A stretch of DNA of 64,000 nucleotides from Caulobacter sp. UNC279MFTsu5.1. GTDB taxonomy: Bacteria; Pseudomonadota; Alphaproteobacteria; Caulobacterales; Caulobacteraceae. The stretch is taken from assembly GCF_900114015.1 (NCBI RefSeq), contig NZ_FORN01000007.1:1-64000 (forward strand), in the 5' to 3' direction. Shown piece by piece: positions 9,875 to 19,089 of the stretch. The notes under the pieces are model-generated. The model was not told the origin of the DNA and searched no databases. It was given only the letters and a program-made list of their open reading frames with translations. The stretch's first letter is position 1, and the number at the start of each line of letters is the position of its first letter. The position numbers and the translations under genes are program-made.

Positions 9875-11452
9875 ATGGATCCCGCCGTCGTCGACCTCTC
9901 TCGTCTGCAGTTCGCCCTGACGGCGCTGTACCACTTCCTGTTCGTGCCCCTGACCCTGGGCCTCTCCTTCATGCTGGTGATCATGGAGAGCGTCTATGTG
10001 ATGACCAAGCGGCCGATCTGGCGCACCACGACCCGGTTCTGGGGCACGTTGTTCGGCATCAATTTCGTGCTCGGCGTCGCCACCGGCCTGACCATGGAGT
10101 TCCAGTTCGGCATGAACTGGTCGTACTACTCGCACTATGTCGGCGACATCTTCGGCGCGCCGCTGGCCATCGAGGGGCTGATGGCCTTCTTCCTCGAAGC
10201 CACGTTCGTGGGCCTGATGTTCTTCGGCTGGGACAAGCTGAGGCCGGTCACCCACCTGCTGGTCACCTTCCTGGTCGCCCTGGGCACCAACCTGTCGGCC
10301 CTGTGGATCCTGGTCGCCAACGGCTGGATGCAGAACCCGGTCGGCGCGGCCTTCAATCCCGACACCTTGCGGATGGAGGTGACCGACTTCCGCGCCGTGC
10401 TGTTCAATCCGGTGGCCCAGGCCAAGTTCGTGCACACGGTCAGCGCCGGCTACACCATCGCCGCGGTCTTCGTGCTGGGCGTCAGCGCCTGGTACCTGCT
10501 GAAGGGCAGGTATGTCAGCGTCGCCAAGCGCTCGCTGACCGTGGCCGCCGCCTTCGGCCTGGCCTCGTCCCTGTCGGTGGTCGTGCTGGGCGACGAGAGC
10601 GGCTACGCCCTGACCGACAACCAGAAAATGAAGCTGGCGGCGCTTGAGGCCATGTGGGAGACGGAACCCGCCCCGGCCGGCCTGACCGCCTTCGGCATTC
10701 CCGACCTGAAGGCGCGCGAGACCCACGCCGAGATCAAGATTCCCTATGTCCTGGGCCTGATCGCCACCCGCAGCCTGGACCGGCCCGTCGCCGGCATCTT
10801 CGAGCTGGTGGCCCAGGCTGAGACCCGGATCGAGAGCGGCGTGGTCGCCTACGACGCGCTGCAGACCCTGAAGGCCAATCCCAAGGACCTGGCGGCGCGC
10901 GGCGTGTTCGAGACCCATCGCCGCGACCTGGGCTACGCCCTGCTGCTCAAGCGCCATGTCGCCGACCCGCGAACGGCCGACAAGGCGCTGATCCAGAAAG
11001 CCGCCTGGGAGACCGTGCCCAACGTGCCGGTGATGTTCTGGTCGTTCCGGATCATGGCCGGAATCGGCTTCCTGATGATCGCCCTGTTCGCCACCGCCTT
11101 CGTGCTGGCCGCCCTGCGGCGGCAGAACACCCGCTGGTTCCTGATGATCGCCGTGGCGGCCATCCCGCTGCCGTGGATCTCGACCGAGCTGGGCTGGGTG
11201 CTGGCCGAGGTCGGGCGCCAGCCCTGGGCGGTGGAGGGCGTGCTGCCGACCTTCCTGGCCCCGTCGTCGCTGAGCGTGGCCCAGATCCTGACCAGCATTG
11301 TGGTCTTCACCTTGCTGTACGGCGCCCTGGCGGTGGTCGAGGTCGGGCTGATCCTCAGGACCATCAAGAAGGGGCCGTTCGCCGAGCAGGAAGCCTTCCC
11401 GTCCGGCCCCCCCGGTGTTTTGGCCGCGCCCGCCGGCGAAGCCGTGGCCTAG
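9875..11452 (+). CDS. cydA: Cytochrome bd ubiquinol oxidase subunit I
   Basis: 525 aa; the N-terminus (LSRLQFALTALYHFLFVPLTLGLSFMLVIMES) and the Q-loop region are characteristic of CydA. Confidence 0.9.
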   Translation: MDPAVVDLSRLQFALTALYHFLFVPLTLGLSFMLVIMESVYVMTKRPIWRTTTRFWGTLFGINFVLGVATGLTMEFQFGMNWSYYSHYVGDIFGAPLAIEGLMAFFLEATFVGLMFFGWDKLRPVTHLLVTFLVALGTNLSALWILVANGWMQNPVGAAFNPDTLRMEVTDFRAVLFNPVAQAKFVHTVSAGYTIAAVFVLGVSAWYLLKGRYVSVAKRSLTVAAAFGLASSLSVVVLGDESGYALTDNQKMKLAALEAMWETEPAPAGLTAFGIPDLKARETHAEIKIPYVLGLIATRSLDRPVAGIFELVAQAETRIESGVVAYDALQTLKANPKDLAARGVFETHRRDLGYALLLKRHVADPRTADKALIQKAAWETVPNVPVMFWSFRIMAGIGFLMIALFATAFVLAALRRQNTRWFLMIAVAAIPLPWISTELGWVLAEVGRQPWAVEGVLPTFLAPSSLSVAQILTSIVVFTLLYGALAVVEVGLILRTIKKGPFAEQEAFPSGPPGVLAAPAGEAVA

Positions 11453-11465
11453 GAGATATCGGATC

Positions 11466-12608
11466 ATGGAACTCCCCCTCGACTATCCGACCCTGCGCCT
11501 GATCTGGTGGGGCCTGCTGGGCGTGCTGCTGATCGGCTTCGCCCTGACCGACGGCTACGACATGGGCGTGGGCGCGCTGCTGCCCTTCGTCGCCCGCACC
11601 GACGAGGAGCGCCGCATGGTGATCAACACCGTTGGCGCCACCTGGGAAGGCAACCAGGTGTGGTTCATCACCGGCGGCGCGGCGATCTTCGCGGCCTGGC
11701 CGCTGGTCTACGGCGTCAGCTTCTCGGGCTTCTACCTGGCCATCTTCCTGGTGCTGGTGGCGATGATCCTGCGGCCGGTCGGCTTCAAGTACCGGTCCAA
11801 GCGGCCGGACCCGCGCTGGCGGGCGTTCTGGGACTGGGCCCTGTTCACGGGCGGCTTCGTGCCGGTGCTGGTGTTCGGCGTCGCCGTCGGCAACGTGCTG
11901 CAGGGCGCGCCGTTCAAGCTGGATGGCGACCTGCGGGCCACCTATCATGGCGCGTTCTTCGGCCTGTTCACCCCGTTCACCCTGGTCTGCGGCCTGCTGT
12001 CGGTGGCCATGCTGGCGCTGCACGGCGCGGCCTGGCTGGGGATCAAGGCCGAGGCGGGGGTGGTCCAGGATCGTGCCCGCCGGTTCGGGACGGCGGCGGC
12101 GATCGCCAGCCTGCTGCTGTTCCTGGTCGGGGGGCTCTTGGCCACGCGCCTGGGCTTCCGGATAGAGGGCGCGTTCGATCCGGCCGCGCCGTCGAATCCC
12201 TTGCGGATGGCCACGGTGGCCGCGCCCGGCGCCTGGTTCGACAATTTTGGCCGCCATCCCTGGATGCTGGCCGCGCCGGCGCTGGGCTTCGGCGGCGCGG
12301 TCCTGGCCTTGCTGGGCCTGTGGCGGCGGTCCGCGCCCCTGGCGTTCGGCGGCTCCTCGGCCTCGGCGGCGGGGATCGTGGCCACGGTCGGCCTGTCGAT
12401 GTTCCCGTTCATCTTGCCCAGCACGATCGATCCGCGCTCGAGCCTGACGGTGTGGAACGCCTCATCCAGCCACCTGACCCTGTTCATCATGCTGATCGTC
12501 GTGGTCGTGCTGATGCCGGTCGTGCTGCTCTACACCGCCTGGGTGTTCAAGGTGCTGTGGGGCCGGACCAGCACGGCGGCGCTCAAGACCGACCCGGCCC
12601 TGTACTGA
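11466..12608 (+). CDS. cydB: Cytochrome bd ubiquinol oxidase subunit II
   Basis: About 380 aa of polytopic membrane protein starting MELPLDYPTLRLIWWGLLGVLLIGFALTDGYDMGV, 14 nt after the cydA stop. The ORF-track start at 11415 would overlap cydA. Confidence 0.85.
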   Translation: MELPLDYPTLRLIWWGLLGVLLIGFALTDGYDMGVGALLPFVARTDEERRMVINTVGATWEGNQVWFITGGAAIFAAWPLVYGVSFSGFYLAIFLVLVAMILRPVGFKYRSKRPDPRWRAFWDWALFTGGFVPVLVFGVAVGNVLQGAPFKLDGDLRATYHGAFFGLFTPFTLVCGLLSVAMLALHGAAWLGIKAEAGVVQDRARRFGTAAAIASLLLFLVGGLLATRLGFRIEGAFDPAAPSNPLRMATVAAPGAWFDNFGRHPWMLAAPALGFGGAVLALLGLWRRSAPLAFGGSSASAAGIVATVGLSMFPFILPSTIDPRSSLTVWNASSSHLTLFIMLIVVVVLMPVVLLYTAWVFKVLWGRTSTAALKTDPALY

Positions 12609-12621
12609 GGAGTTTCAGCCA

Positions 12622-12741
12622 TGTGGTATTTCACCTGGATCCTGGGCCTGGGCCTGGCCGTCGCCTTCGGCGTGCTGAACGGCGTCTGGTACGAGTTCAA
12701 CCTGACCGACGAGGGCGATGTCGGGGCGTCGGAGCCCTAGC
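12622..12741 (+). CDS. cydX: Cytochrome bd oxidase small subunit CydX (39 aa), not in the ORF track
   Basis: atg tgg tat ttc acc tgg atc ... translates to MWYFTWILGLGLAVAFGVLNGVWYEFNLTDEGDVGASEP. MWYFxWILG is the CydX/YbgT signature. It lies 14 nt after the cydB stop and contains a single TM helix. Confidence 0.7.
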
Positions 12742-12889
12742 CGGCGCTGGACGCCTGCGCGACAATTCGACGCCGCCCCACAAGCTCTACATTAACCGTT
12801 ATTAAACGGCGCCCGGGCTCTTGTGGCGGACGACGCGAAACCGGTTTTCGGCCTTCGCCGCGAAGACTTTCGACCCTCGGGACCCCGCC

Positions 12890-13342
12890 ATGACCGACCA
12901 CGCCGAACCCGCCCTGGAGCTGATCTCGTTCTGCATCGGCGAGCAGGAGTTCTGCATCGACGTCAAGACGGTCCGCGAGATCCGCGGCTGGACCCCGGCC
13001 ACCCCGATCCCGCACGCCCCGGCCTATCTGAAGGGCGTGATCAATCTGCGGGGCGCGATCATGCCGGTCATCGACCTGCGCAACCGCCTGGGCCTCGGCG
13101 TGACCGTTCCGGAGACCCGCCACGTCATCGTCGTGGTCGAGTGCCAGGACCGCCTGGCCGGCATCCTGGTCGACGCGGTCAGCGAGACCTTCACCGTGTC
13201 GCGCGACCACCTGCAGCCGACCCCGGACCTGGGCACCGACGAGCTGCGCTTCATCCAGGCGATCATCTCGCTGGACAGCCGCCTGATCACCTATCTGCGC
13301 ATGGACGACGTCTTCCCGGCCCAGGTCAGCCAGGCGGCGTAG
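12890..13342 (+). CDS. cheW: CheW-like chemotaxis coupling protein (orphan)
   Basis: About 150 aa: MTDHAEPALELISFCIGEQEFCIDVKTVREIRGWTPATPIPHAPAYLKGVINLRGAIMPVIDLR matches a CheW domain. No other che genes lie nearby. Confidence 0.75.
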   Translation: MTDHAEPALELISFCIGEQEFCIDVKTVREIRGWTPATPIPHAPAYLKGVINLRGAIMPVIDLRNRLGLGVTVPETRHVIVVVECQDRLAGILVDAVSETFTVSRDHLQPTPDLGTDELRFIQAIISLDSRLITYLRMDDVFPAQVSQAA

Positions 13343-13368
13343 CTCCGGGCTTTACCGCCGGAACGACA

Positions 13369-13401
13369 AAAGGGCGGACCGCGAGGTCCGCCCTTTTTCC
13401 A
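13369..13401 (+). terminator. Rho-independent terminator after cheW
   Basis: GC-rich hairpin gggcggacc-gcga-ggtccgccc followed by TTTTTCC. Confidence 0.65.
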
Positions 13402-13422
13402 TTCAACACCATTGTCATCCCG

Positions 13423-13458
13423 GATCGGCGAACCGCGGGCCTTGTCTGGGATGACAGC
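13423..13458. repeat. Family A palindromic element (short form), copy 3
   Basis: tgtcatcccggatcggcg...ccttgtctgggatgacag. Confidence 0.65.
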
Positions 13459-13467
13459 GCAGGGGAC

Positions 13468-13965
13468 CTATTTCCCCCGCACGATCTTGGCGGCCGCGGC
13501 GTGGAAGCCGGCCTCGGCCTCGGCGGCGGCGGCCACGGCGTTGTGGCGATCGGCGGCGACCGGCATGGCGGCGCGGCCGGTGGTCGGGGCGGCGTAGCTC
13601 TGGGCCACCTTGCGAGCGTCCTGGGCGCGCAGGGCGGCGTTGTTGGAGGCCGTCTCGTGCCAGTGGGCCAGCTGCGCCGCGGTCAGGGCGCCGTCGGCCG
13701 GCATGTCGCCGTGATGGACCACCTCGCCGAAGCCGATGGCCACGAAGCCGTGGATGACGCCGTAGTCCTCCTCCGACAGCAGGAACGTGATCTGCCGCTC
13801 CTCGACCTGGCCGGTATAGGCGTCCTGCTCCGGATCGAACTCGCGTAGCACCAGCACGTCGCCCACCGCGAACTCGCGGTCGTTGCGGCGGATCTCGAAG
13901 CGCTTCTTGCCCGAGCGCACGGCGGCGAAATATTGCGGCCAGGTCTTCAGTTCGTGACGGGTCAT
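13468..13965 (-). CDS. DUF3850 (ASCH-like fold) domain protein with Ala-rich C-terminal extension
   Basis: The N-terminal ~75 aa (MTRHELKTWPQYFAAVRSGKKRFEIRRNDREFAVGDVLVLREF...) fit DUF3850/ASCH-like proteins common in phages and plasmids. The C-terminal half is low complexity. Confidence 0.55.
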   Translation of the reverse strand: MTRHELKTWPQYFAAVRSGKKRFEIRRNDREFAVGDVLVLREFDPEQDAYTGQVEERQITFLLSEEDYGVIHGFVAIGFGEVVHHGDMPADGALTAAQLAHWHETASNNAALRAQDARKVAQSYAAPTTGRAAMPVAADRHNAVAAAAEAEAGFHAAAAKIVRGK

Positions 13966-14071
13966 GGGGGATTCTCGGAAACGGGAGGCGTGGCCTTAGC
14001 CGGCGGACGTCGCCGGAAGGTTAAGGCCTGGGAACGATGGTGTGGATAGGATGAACCGGGGGGCTGAAATC

Positions 14072-14161
14072 CTCGTCCTTCGACAAGCTCAGGATGAGGA
14101 TTTCTACAGCCGCTTCGAGGTCGAAAGTAGCCCTCATCCTGAGCTTGTCGAAGGACGAGGG
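14072..14161. repeat. Family B long inverted repeat element (29-bp arms), copy 1
   Basis: cctcgtccttcgacaagctcaggatgagg ... cctcatcctgagcttgtcgaaggacgagg with a 31-bp spacer. A related copy lies at 59643-59723. Confidence 0.8.
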
Positions 14162-14168
14162 CGGCTCC

Positions 14169-14810
14169 CTAGCTCAAACAGGTCCGCGCGATCTCGGCGC
14201 GCAGCTCGGGCAGGCCGTGGCCCTTTTCCGACGAGGTCGCCATCACCTTGGGGAAGGCCGCCGGGCGCTTGGCGATGGCCTTCAGCGTCCGGTCGACCGT
14301 GGCGTCCAGCTCGGCCTGCTTGATCTTGTCGGCCTTGGTCAAGACGATCTGGTAGGAGACCGCCGCGACGTCCAGCGCGTCCAGGGCCTCGACGTCCACC
14401 GCCTTCAGCCCATGGCGGGCGTCGATCAGCAAGTAGACGCGCTTGAGGTTGACCCGGCCGCGCAGATAGGCGCGGCCCAGGTCCTGGAACTTGTCGGCGA
14501 TGCTCTTGGACACCCGCGCGAAGCCGTAGCCCGGCAGGTCGACCAGGCGCAGCTTCTCGGCCAGCACGAAGAAGTTGACCTCCCGCGTGCGCCCCGGCGA
14601 GTTCGAGGCCCGCGCCAGGTGGTTCTGGCCGACCAGCCCGTTGATCAGGCTGGATTTGCCGACGTTCGAGCGGCCGGCGAAGGCCACTTCCGGCAGGGTC
14701 GGGGCGGGCATGCCGTCCATCCTGACCGCGCCCATCATGAAGGTCGCCGGCTGGGCGAACAGCACGCGGGCGGCCTCGATCTCCTCTTCGCTGTAGCCCA
14801 GCTCGTCCAT
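14169..14810 (-). CDS. engB: Ribosome biogenesis GTP-binding protein YihA/EngB
   Basis: 213 aa with a G1 motif [12 protein letters not shown], a DLPGYGF switch region and a TKADK G4 motif. Its start ATG overlaps the yidC stop (ATGA). Confidence 0.85.
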   Translation of the reverse strand: MDELGYSEEEIEAARVLFAQPATFMMGAVRMDGMPAPTLPEVAFAGRSNVGKSSLINGLVGQNHLARASNSPGRTREVNFFVLAEKLRLVDLPGYGFARVSKSIADKFQDLGRAYLRGRVNLKRVYLLIDARHGLKAVDVEALDALDVAAVSYQIVLTKADKIKQAELDATVDRTLKAIAKRPAAFPKVMATSSEKGHGLPELRAEIARTCLS

Positions 14811-16693
14811 CAGGTGGCCCCGACGGACTTGCCGCTGAAGCGGGCGATCAGCTTGTCGATCGGGTTCTCGACCTTGTAGCGGTGCATGATGATGTACTGC
14901 TGGATGATCGTCAGCACGTTGCTCCAGCACCAGTAGATCACCAGGCCCACGGCGAAGCCCGACAGGGTGAAGGTGAAGATGATCGGGAAGAACTGGAAGA
15001 TCTTCTGCTGGATCGGATCGCCAGCCGGCGGGTTCATCGCCGTGGTCAGCCACATGGTGAAGCCGTACAGCAGCGGCCAGACGCCCAGGTGGGCGATCGA
15101 GGCGCCCAGCAGCGGCAGGGTGGCGGGATCCCAGTGGATCAGGCCGAACAGGTTGAACAGGGTGGTCGGCTCGGGCGCCGACAGGTCGACGATCCAGCCG
15201 AAGAACGGCGCGTGCCGCATCTCGATGGTCACCGTCAGCACCTTGTACAGCGAGTAGAAGATCGGGATCTGCACCAGCATGGGGATGCACCCCATCATCG
15301 GATTGATCTTCTCCTTGGCGTACAGCTGCATCATCTCCTGCTGCTGCTTGGCCGGATCGTCCTTGTGCTTGGCCTTCAGCTTCTCGACCTCGGGCGCGAT
15401 CTTCTTCATCTTCGCCATCGACTCGTAGCTCTTGTCGGCCAGCGGGAAGAGGATCAGCTTCAAGGCCACGGTCAGCAGCATGATGGCCACGCCGAAGTTG
15501 CCCACCAGCTTGTAGAAGATCTCCAGGATGTTGAAGATCGGCCGGGTGATGATCTCGAACATCCCCCAGTCGACGGCCTTGTCGAAGTTGGGGATCACGC
15601 TGGCCGGACGGTTCCAGAACTGCCACCAGACCACCGGCTTGCCGCCGTACTGGTAGCGGGTCAGCAGCGGCACGGTCTTGGCGCCGGCGAACAGGCGGGT
15701 GGTGTTGGTGATGGTCGCGCCGGCCGCCAGCGAGCGCGGCGAACCGGTGAAGGCCGATTCATAGACGTCGACGCCGCTGACCGGCTTCACCTGGAAGCGG
15801 CCCTTGATCATCTCGGACTGCTGGGGGACCAGGGCCGCCAGCCAGTACTTGTCGGTCATGCCGATCCAGCCGCCCTTGGATTCCAGATTGTCCTGCAGCG
15901 GCTTGTCCTTCTTCCACTTCGGGTACTTGGCTTGGTTCTGCAGCAGGTACTTGCCGTCCTTGACGCCGTCGATGCCGCCCAGCACGCCGATGCCGCCCTC
16001 GTAGACGATCTGGGTCTTGCCCAGGCCGTGCGGGCCTTCGGTCGGAATGCCCTGGCGCTGGACCGAGGCGTAGGGAGCCAGGGCCACGGCCGCGCCGCCC
16101 TGGTTGCGGACGGTGTCGGCGACCGTGAACATCGCGTCGGCGTCGACCGAGATAGTGCGGGTGAACACCAGGCCCTGGCCGTTGTCATAGGTCAGGACGA
16201 CCGGGGTGTTGGGGCGCAGCACCTGGCCGGGCGCGGCCGTCCACACGGTGTTGGGGGTAGGCAGGCCGGTCATGCCGGCGATCCCGGCCCAGCCGAAGTC
16301 GGCGAACCAGGCGTGCTCGGCGCCCTCGGGGCGGAACAGCTCGACCGGCGGCGAATTCTTGTCGACCGTCTGGGTGAAGCGCTTGAGCCAAAGGTCGTCG
16401 ATCCGGGCGCCCTTCAGGGCGATCGAGCCCGACAGGGCCGGGGTGTCCACGGCGATGCGCGGGCTCTGGGCCTTGGCCTGGTCGCGCGACAGCTTCAGCG
16501 GTTGGGGCAGGCCGTCGGCGCCGATGGTCATGCCGGGCTGGGCGGCGATCTGCGCCTCGGCGGCCTTCTTGGCGCGGAGCGCGGCTTCCTGCTGCTTCTG
16601 CTGCGGACCCAGCACGAAGAACTGGTAGCCGATCAAGATCGCGAACGCGCAGACGAGGAACATCAGCGTGTTTTTGTTGGAGTCGTTCTGCAT
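14810..16693 (-). CDS. yidC: Membrane protein insertase YidC
   Basis: 627 aa: an N-terminal TM helix, a large periplasmic domain and a conserved C-terminal five-TM core ([26 protein letters not shown]..., [10 protein letters not shown]). Confidence 0.9.
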   Translation of the reverse strand: MQNDSNKNTLMFLVCAFAILIGYQFFVLGPQQKQQEAALRAKKAAEAQIAAQPGMTIGADGLPQPLKLSRDQAKAQSPRIAVDTPALSGSIALKGARIDDLWLKRFTQTVDKNSPPVELFRPEGAEHAWFADFGWAGIAGMTGLPTPNTVWTAAPGQVLRPNTPVVLTYDNGQGLVFTRTISVDADAMFTVADTVRNQGGAAVALAPYASVQRQGIPTEGPHGLGKTQIVYEGGIGVLGGIDGVKDGKYLLQNQAKYPKWKKDKPLQDNLESKGGWIGMTDKYWLAALVPQQSEMIKGRFQVKPVSGVDVYESAFTGSPRSLAAGATITNTTRLFAGAKTVPLLTRYQYGGKPVVWWQFWNRPASVIPNFDKAVDWGMFEIITRPIFNILEIFYKLVGNFGVAIMLLTVALKLILFPLADKSYESMAKMKKIAPEVEKLKAKHKDDPAKQQQEMMQLYAKEKINPMMGCIPMLVQIPIFYSLYKVLTVTIEMRHAPFFGWIVDLSAPEPTTLFNLFGLIHWDPATLPLLGASIAHLGVWPLLYGFTMWLTTAMNPPAGDPIQQKIFQFFPIIFTFTLSGFAVGLVIYWCWSNVLTIIQQYIIMHRYKVENPIDKLIARFSGKSVGAT

Positions 16694-16702
16694 GGGTTGG
16701 AC

Positions 16703-17149
16703 TTAACCAGAAACGGAGGAATCGGACGCGGCGGGGGCGTGCGGAGCGGGCGTCGCGCCCGGGCCCGCGCGATCGAGGTCGGCGGCGAGGCTTATCAGCG
16801 CGGTTTTAACATCGTCAAGCAAACGCCCCCATGGCCGCTGGCCGGTTCCGCCGCGAGCGATGAACACATAGTCGCAACTGGGGCGGCCATGAAGGGGCAG
16901 AAGCAGCCTGGCGGCCTCGCGCAGGCGTCTTTTGGCGCGATTTCGCTCGACCGAGCCGCCGATCTTCTTGGTGGCGGTGAATCCGACCCGGATCAGCGGG
17001 TCGTCGTCGTGGCGCGGGCGCATCTGCATGAACACCGCCCCGCGCGCCAGGTTGGGCGCCTTGGCGGCCTTCAGGAAGTCCGGGCGCTTCTTGAGGCGCT
17101 CGATCTTCACGGCCGGAGGCGCGGGAGGAATGACCGGGGCTTCGGTCAT
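16703..17149 (-). CDS. rnpA: Ribonuclease P protein component
   Basis: IERLKKRPDFLKAAKAP ... RNRAKRRLREAARL ... CDYVFIARGG are RnpA hallmarks. It sits between rpmH and yidC. The exact start is uncertain. Confidence 0.7.
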   Translation of the reverse strand: MTEAPVIPPAPPAVKIERLKKRPDFLKAAKAPNLARGAVFMQMRPRHDDDPLIRVGFTATKKIGGSVERNRAKRRLREAARLLLPLHGRPSCDYVFIARGGTGQRPWGRLLDDVKTALISLAADLDRAGPGATPAPHAPAASDSSVSG

Positions 17150-17246
17150 GAAAAAAGCCGCCCTTTCCGGCGCAGGCTCAGAGCCTGGTTCGAGGAAAGG
17201 GCGGCTTCCATCATGGTCTTTTTCCCGCTGACGCGGGAGAAGGCTG

Positions 17247-17381
17247 TTAGGCCGTCAGGCGCTTACGGCCCTTGGCGCGGCGACGCGCGACGATCTTCTG
17301 GCCGTTCTTGGTGGCCATACGCGCGCGGTAGCCGTGACGGCGGGCTCGCACGAGCTTCGACGGCTGGAATGTCCGCTTCAC
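17247..17381 (-). CDS. rpmH: 50S ribosomal protein L34 (44 aa), not in the ORF track
   Basis: The reverse complement translates to (M)[43 protein letters not shown] from a GTG start with a GGAG ribosome-binding site 7 nt upstream. It has the canonical position upstream of rnpA. Confidence 0.85.
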   Translation of the reverse strand: MKRTFQPSKLVRARRHGYRARMATKNGQKIVARRRAKGRKRLTA

Positions 17382-17490
17382 GAGGTGGCTCCGATAATAA
17401 TGGGACGCGGAAGCCGTAGGGCCGCCGCGAGTGAGGGGCGGTGGATAAGGGAAGGGGCGGGCGCTGTCAACATGAGTCCGATCCCTCCCG

Positions 17491-17913
17491 CTAGAACTTG
17501 GGCGAAGGCACGGAGCGCATGGGCTCCGGCGGGCCCAAGGGGGGCGGGGCCGGCGAGGGCGGCATGTTGTCGTTCCCCAAGCCCGGCGAGCGGTGGAACA
17601 TCATGAAGCCCTGACCGATCTCGAAGCTCATCTCCTGGGCGGGATCGAGCACACCGCCAGGCGGGGTCGGCGGCAGAGGGTATCGATAGCTGACGTCCGG
17701 AAAGCCGTCGTTCGAAAGCGTGAACGTACCCTTCAAACGGTGTTCCGGGACCACGCATGGCGTCGTGCAGAGCAGCGCTCCATCGACCCGCAATTCAGCC
17801 GGCGGGTAGCTCGCGACCAGAATGCGACGCTCCTGCGCCGGCTTGGCGAGCGCGCCGGGCGACGTGGCGGCGACGAGCACGAACACCGACGCCGCGGTCA
17901 CTATCCCATGCAT
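17491..17913 (-). CDS. Secreted hypothetical protein, possible PEGA-like domain, Pro-rich C-terminus
   Basis: Signal peptide ([23 protein letters not shown]), then a ~60-aa segment ([36 protein letters not shown]) resembling PEGA domains, then a proline-rich tail. Confidence 0.4.
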   Translation of the reverse strand: MHGIVTAASVFVLVAATSPGALAKPAQERRILVASYPPAELRVDGALLCTTPCVVPEHRLKGTFTLSNDGFPDVSYRYPLPPTPPGGVLDPAQEMSFEIGQGFMMFHRSPGLGNDNMPPSPAPPPLGPPEPMRSVPSPKF

Positions 17914-17983
17914 GGCGACCTCTTCTCGCGTCCCAGTCAGAGCAAAGCGGTACCTTGAGATCTTGGCCTGGCCAAGGTGAACC

Positions 17984-18967
17984 TCAGAGATTCGGCCGGA
18001 TCACCGCCTTGCCGACGACTCGCCGCTCGGCCAGCAGGTCGAAGGCCTCGCGCCAGCGGTCCAGGGGCAGCTCGGCGTGCACGTGGGGCTTGATCACGCC
18101 CTCGTCCGCCATCCGCCACACCGCCTCGGCGTTCTCGCGCCCCTTCTCCGGAAACTGTCGGCCGTACTCCCCGGCCCGCACGCCCATCACCGAGAAGCCC
18201 TTGATCAGCGGCATGTTGACCGAGACGGTCGGGATGCGGCCCGAGGTGAAGCCGATCACCAGCAGCCGGCCGTCGAAGGCGATGCAGCGGACGTTTTCGT
18301 CGAACACGTCGCCGCCGACCGGGTCGTAGATCACGTCGGCGCCGTGGCCGCCGGTGATGTCCTGCACGCGCTCGCGGAAGCCGCCGGTCACGTTGACCAC
18401 GGCGTCGGGGGCGTAGAGGCGTTGTATCTGCGCCAGCTTGTCGTCGGAGGCCGACGCCGCGATCACCTTCGCGCCCAGGGCCTTGGCCAGGTCGACGGCC
18501 GCCAGGCCCACCCCGCCGGCCGCGCCGTGCACCAGCACCCGCTCGCCGGGCTCCAGCCGCGCCCGGCGCACCAGGGCGACATAGGCGGTCAGATAGGCCG
18601 CGCCATAGGCGGCGGCTTCGGCGAACGACAGCCGCGCGGGCTTGGGCTTGAGGGCGTCGGCCGCCAGCACGGCGTACTGCGCGAACCCGCCCAGCCGCGC
18701 GCCGCCGACCACGGCGTCGCCGATCTTCCAGCCCGTGACGCCCTCGCCCAGGGCCGCGACCTCGCCGGCCAGGTCCAGGCCGGGGGTGAAGGGTGGGGGC
18801 GGTTTGAACTGGTATTCGCCCCGGGTCATCAGCAGGTCGGGGAAGTTGACGCTGGCGGCGCGGACCCGGACCAGCACCTCGCCGGAGCCGGGTTGCGGCG
18901 CTGGGACGTCTCGGACGGCGCAGCCAGCGAAGTCGGGGGCCAGGCTCTCGACGACGAGGGCGCGCAT
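17984..18967 (-). CDS. NADPH:quinone oxidoreductase / zinc-independent MDR-family oxidoreductase
   Basis: MRALVVESLAP ... GEVLVRVRAASVNFPDLL ... VLVHGAAGGVGLAAVDLAKALGAKVIA fits the quinone oxidoreductase (Qor) subfamily. The ORF-track start at 19042 is an upstream GTG. Confidence 0.75.
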   Translation of the reverse strand: MRALVVESLAPDFAGCAVRDVPAPQPGSGEVLVRVRAASVNFPDLLMTRGEYQFKPPPPFTPGLDLAGEVAALGEGVTGWKIGDAVVGGARLGGFAQYAVLAADALKPKPARLSFAEAAAYGAAYLTAYVALVRRARLEPGERVLVHGAAGGVGLAAVDLAKALGAKVIAASASDDKLAQIQRLYAPDAVVNVTGGFRERVQDITGGHGADVIYDPVGGDVFDENVRCIAFDGRLLVIGFTSGRIPTVSVNMPLIKGFSVMGVRAGEYGRQFPEKGRENAEAVWRMADEGVIKPHVHAELPLDRWREAFDLLAERRVVGKAVIRPNL

Positions 18968-18988
18968 GGATTTGGTCTCCAAAGCTCT

Positions 18989-19089
18989 GTCATCCCGGGC
19001 GGAGCGAAGCGCAGACCCGGGACCGCCGGAAGCACCGTTCACGCGTTGGTCCCGGATCTTCGCGCTGCGCGCTTCGTCTGGGATGACAG
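18989..19089. repeat. Family A compound palindromic element (~100 bp), copy 4
   Basis: tgtcatcccgggcggagcgaagcgcagacccgggaccg ... ggtcccggatcttcgcgctgcgcgcttcgtctgggatgacag, between qor and the esterase gene. Confidence 0.8.

Noticed and set aside
16693-16710. Expected yidD gene between rnpA and yidC
   Set aside because: No ORF in any frame there encodes the YidD PSCSxY motif. rnpA and yidC overlap directly. yidD may be elsewhere or absent.
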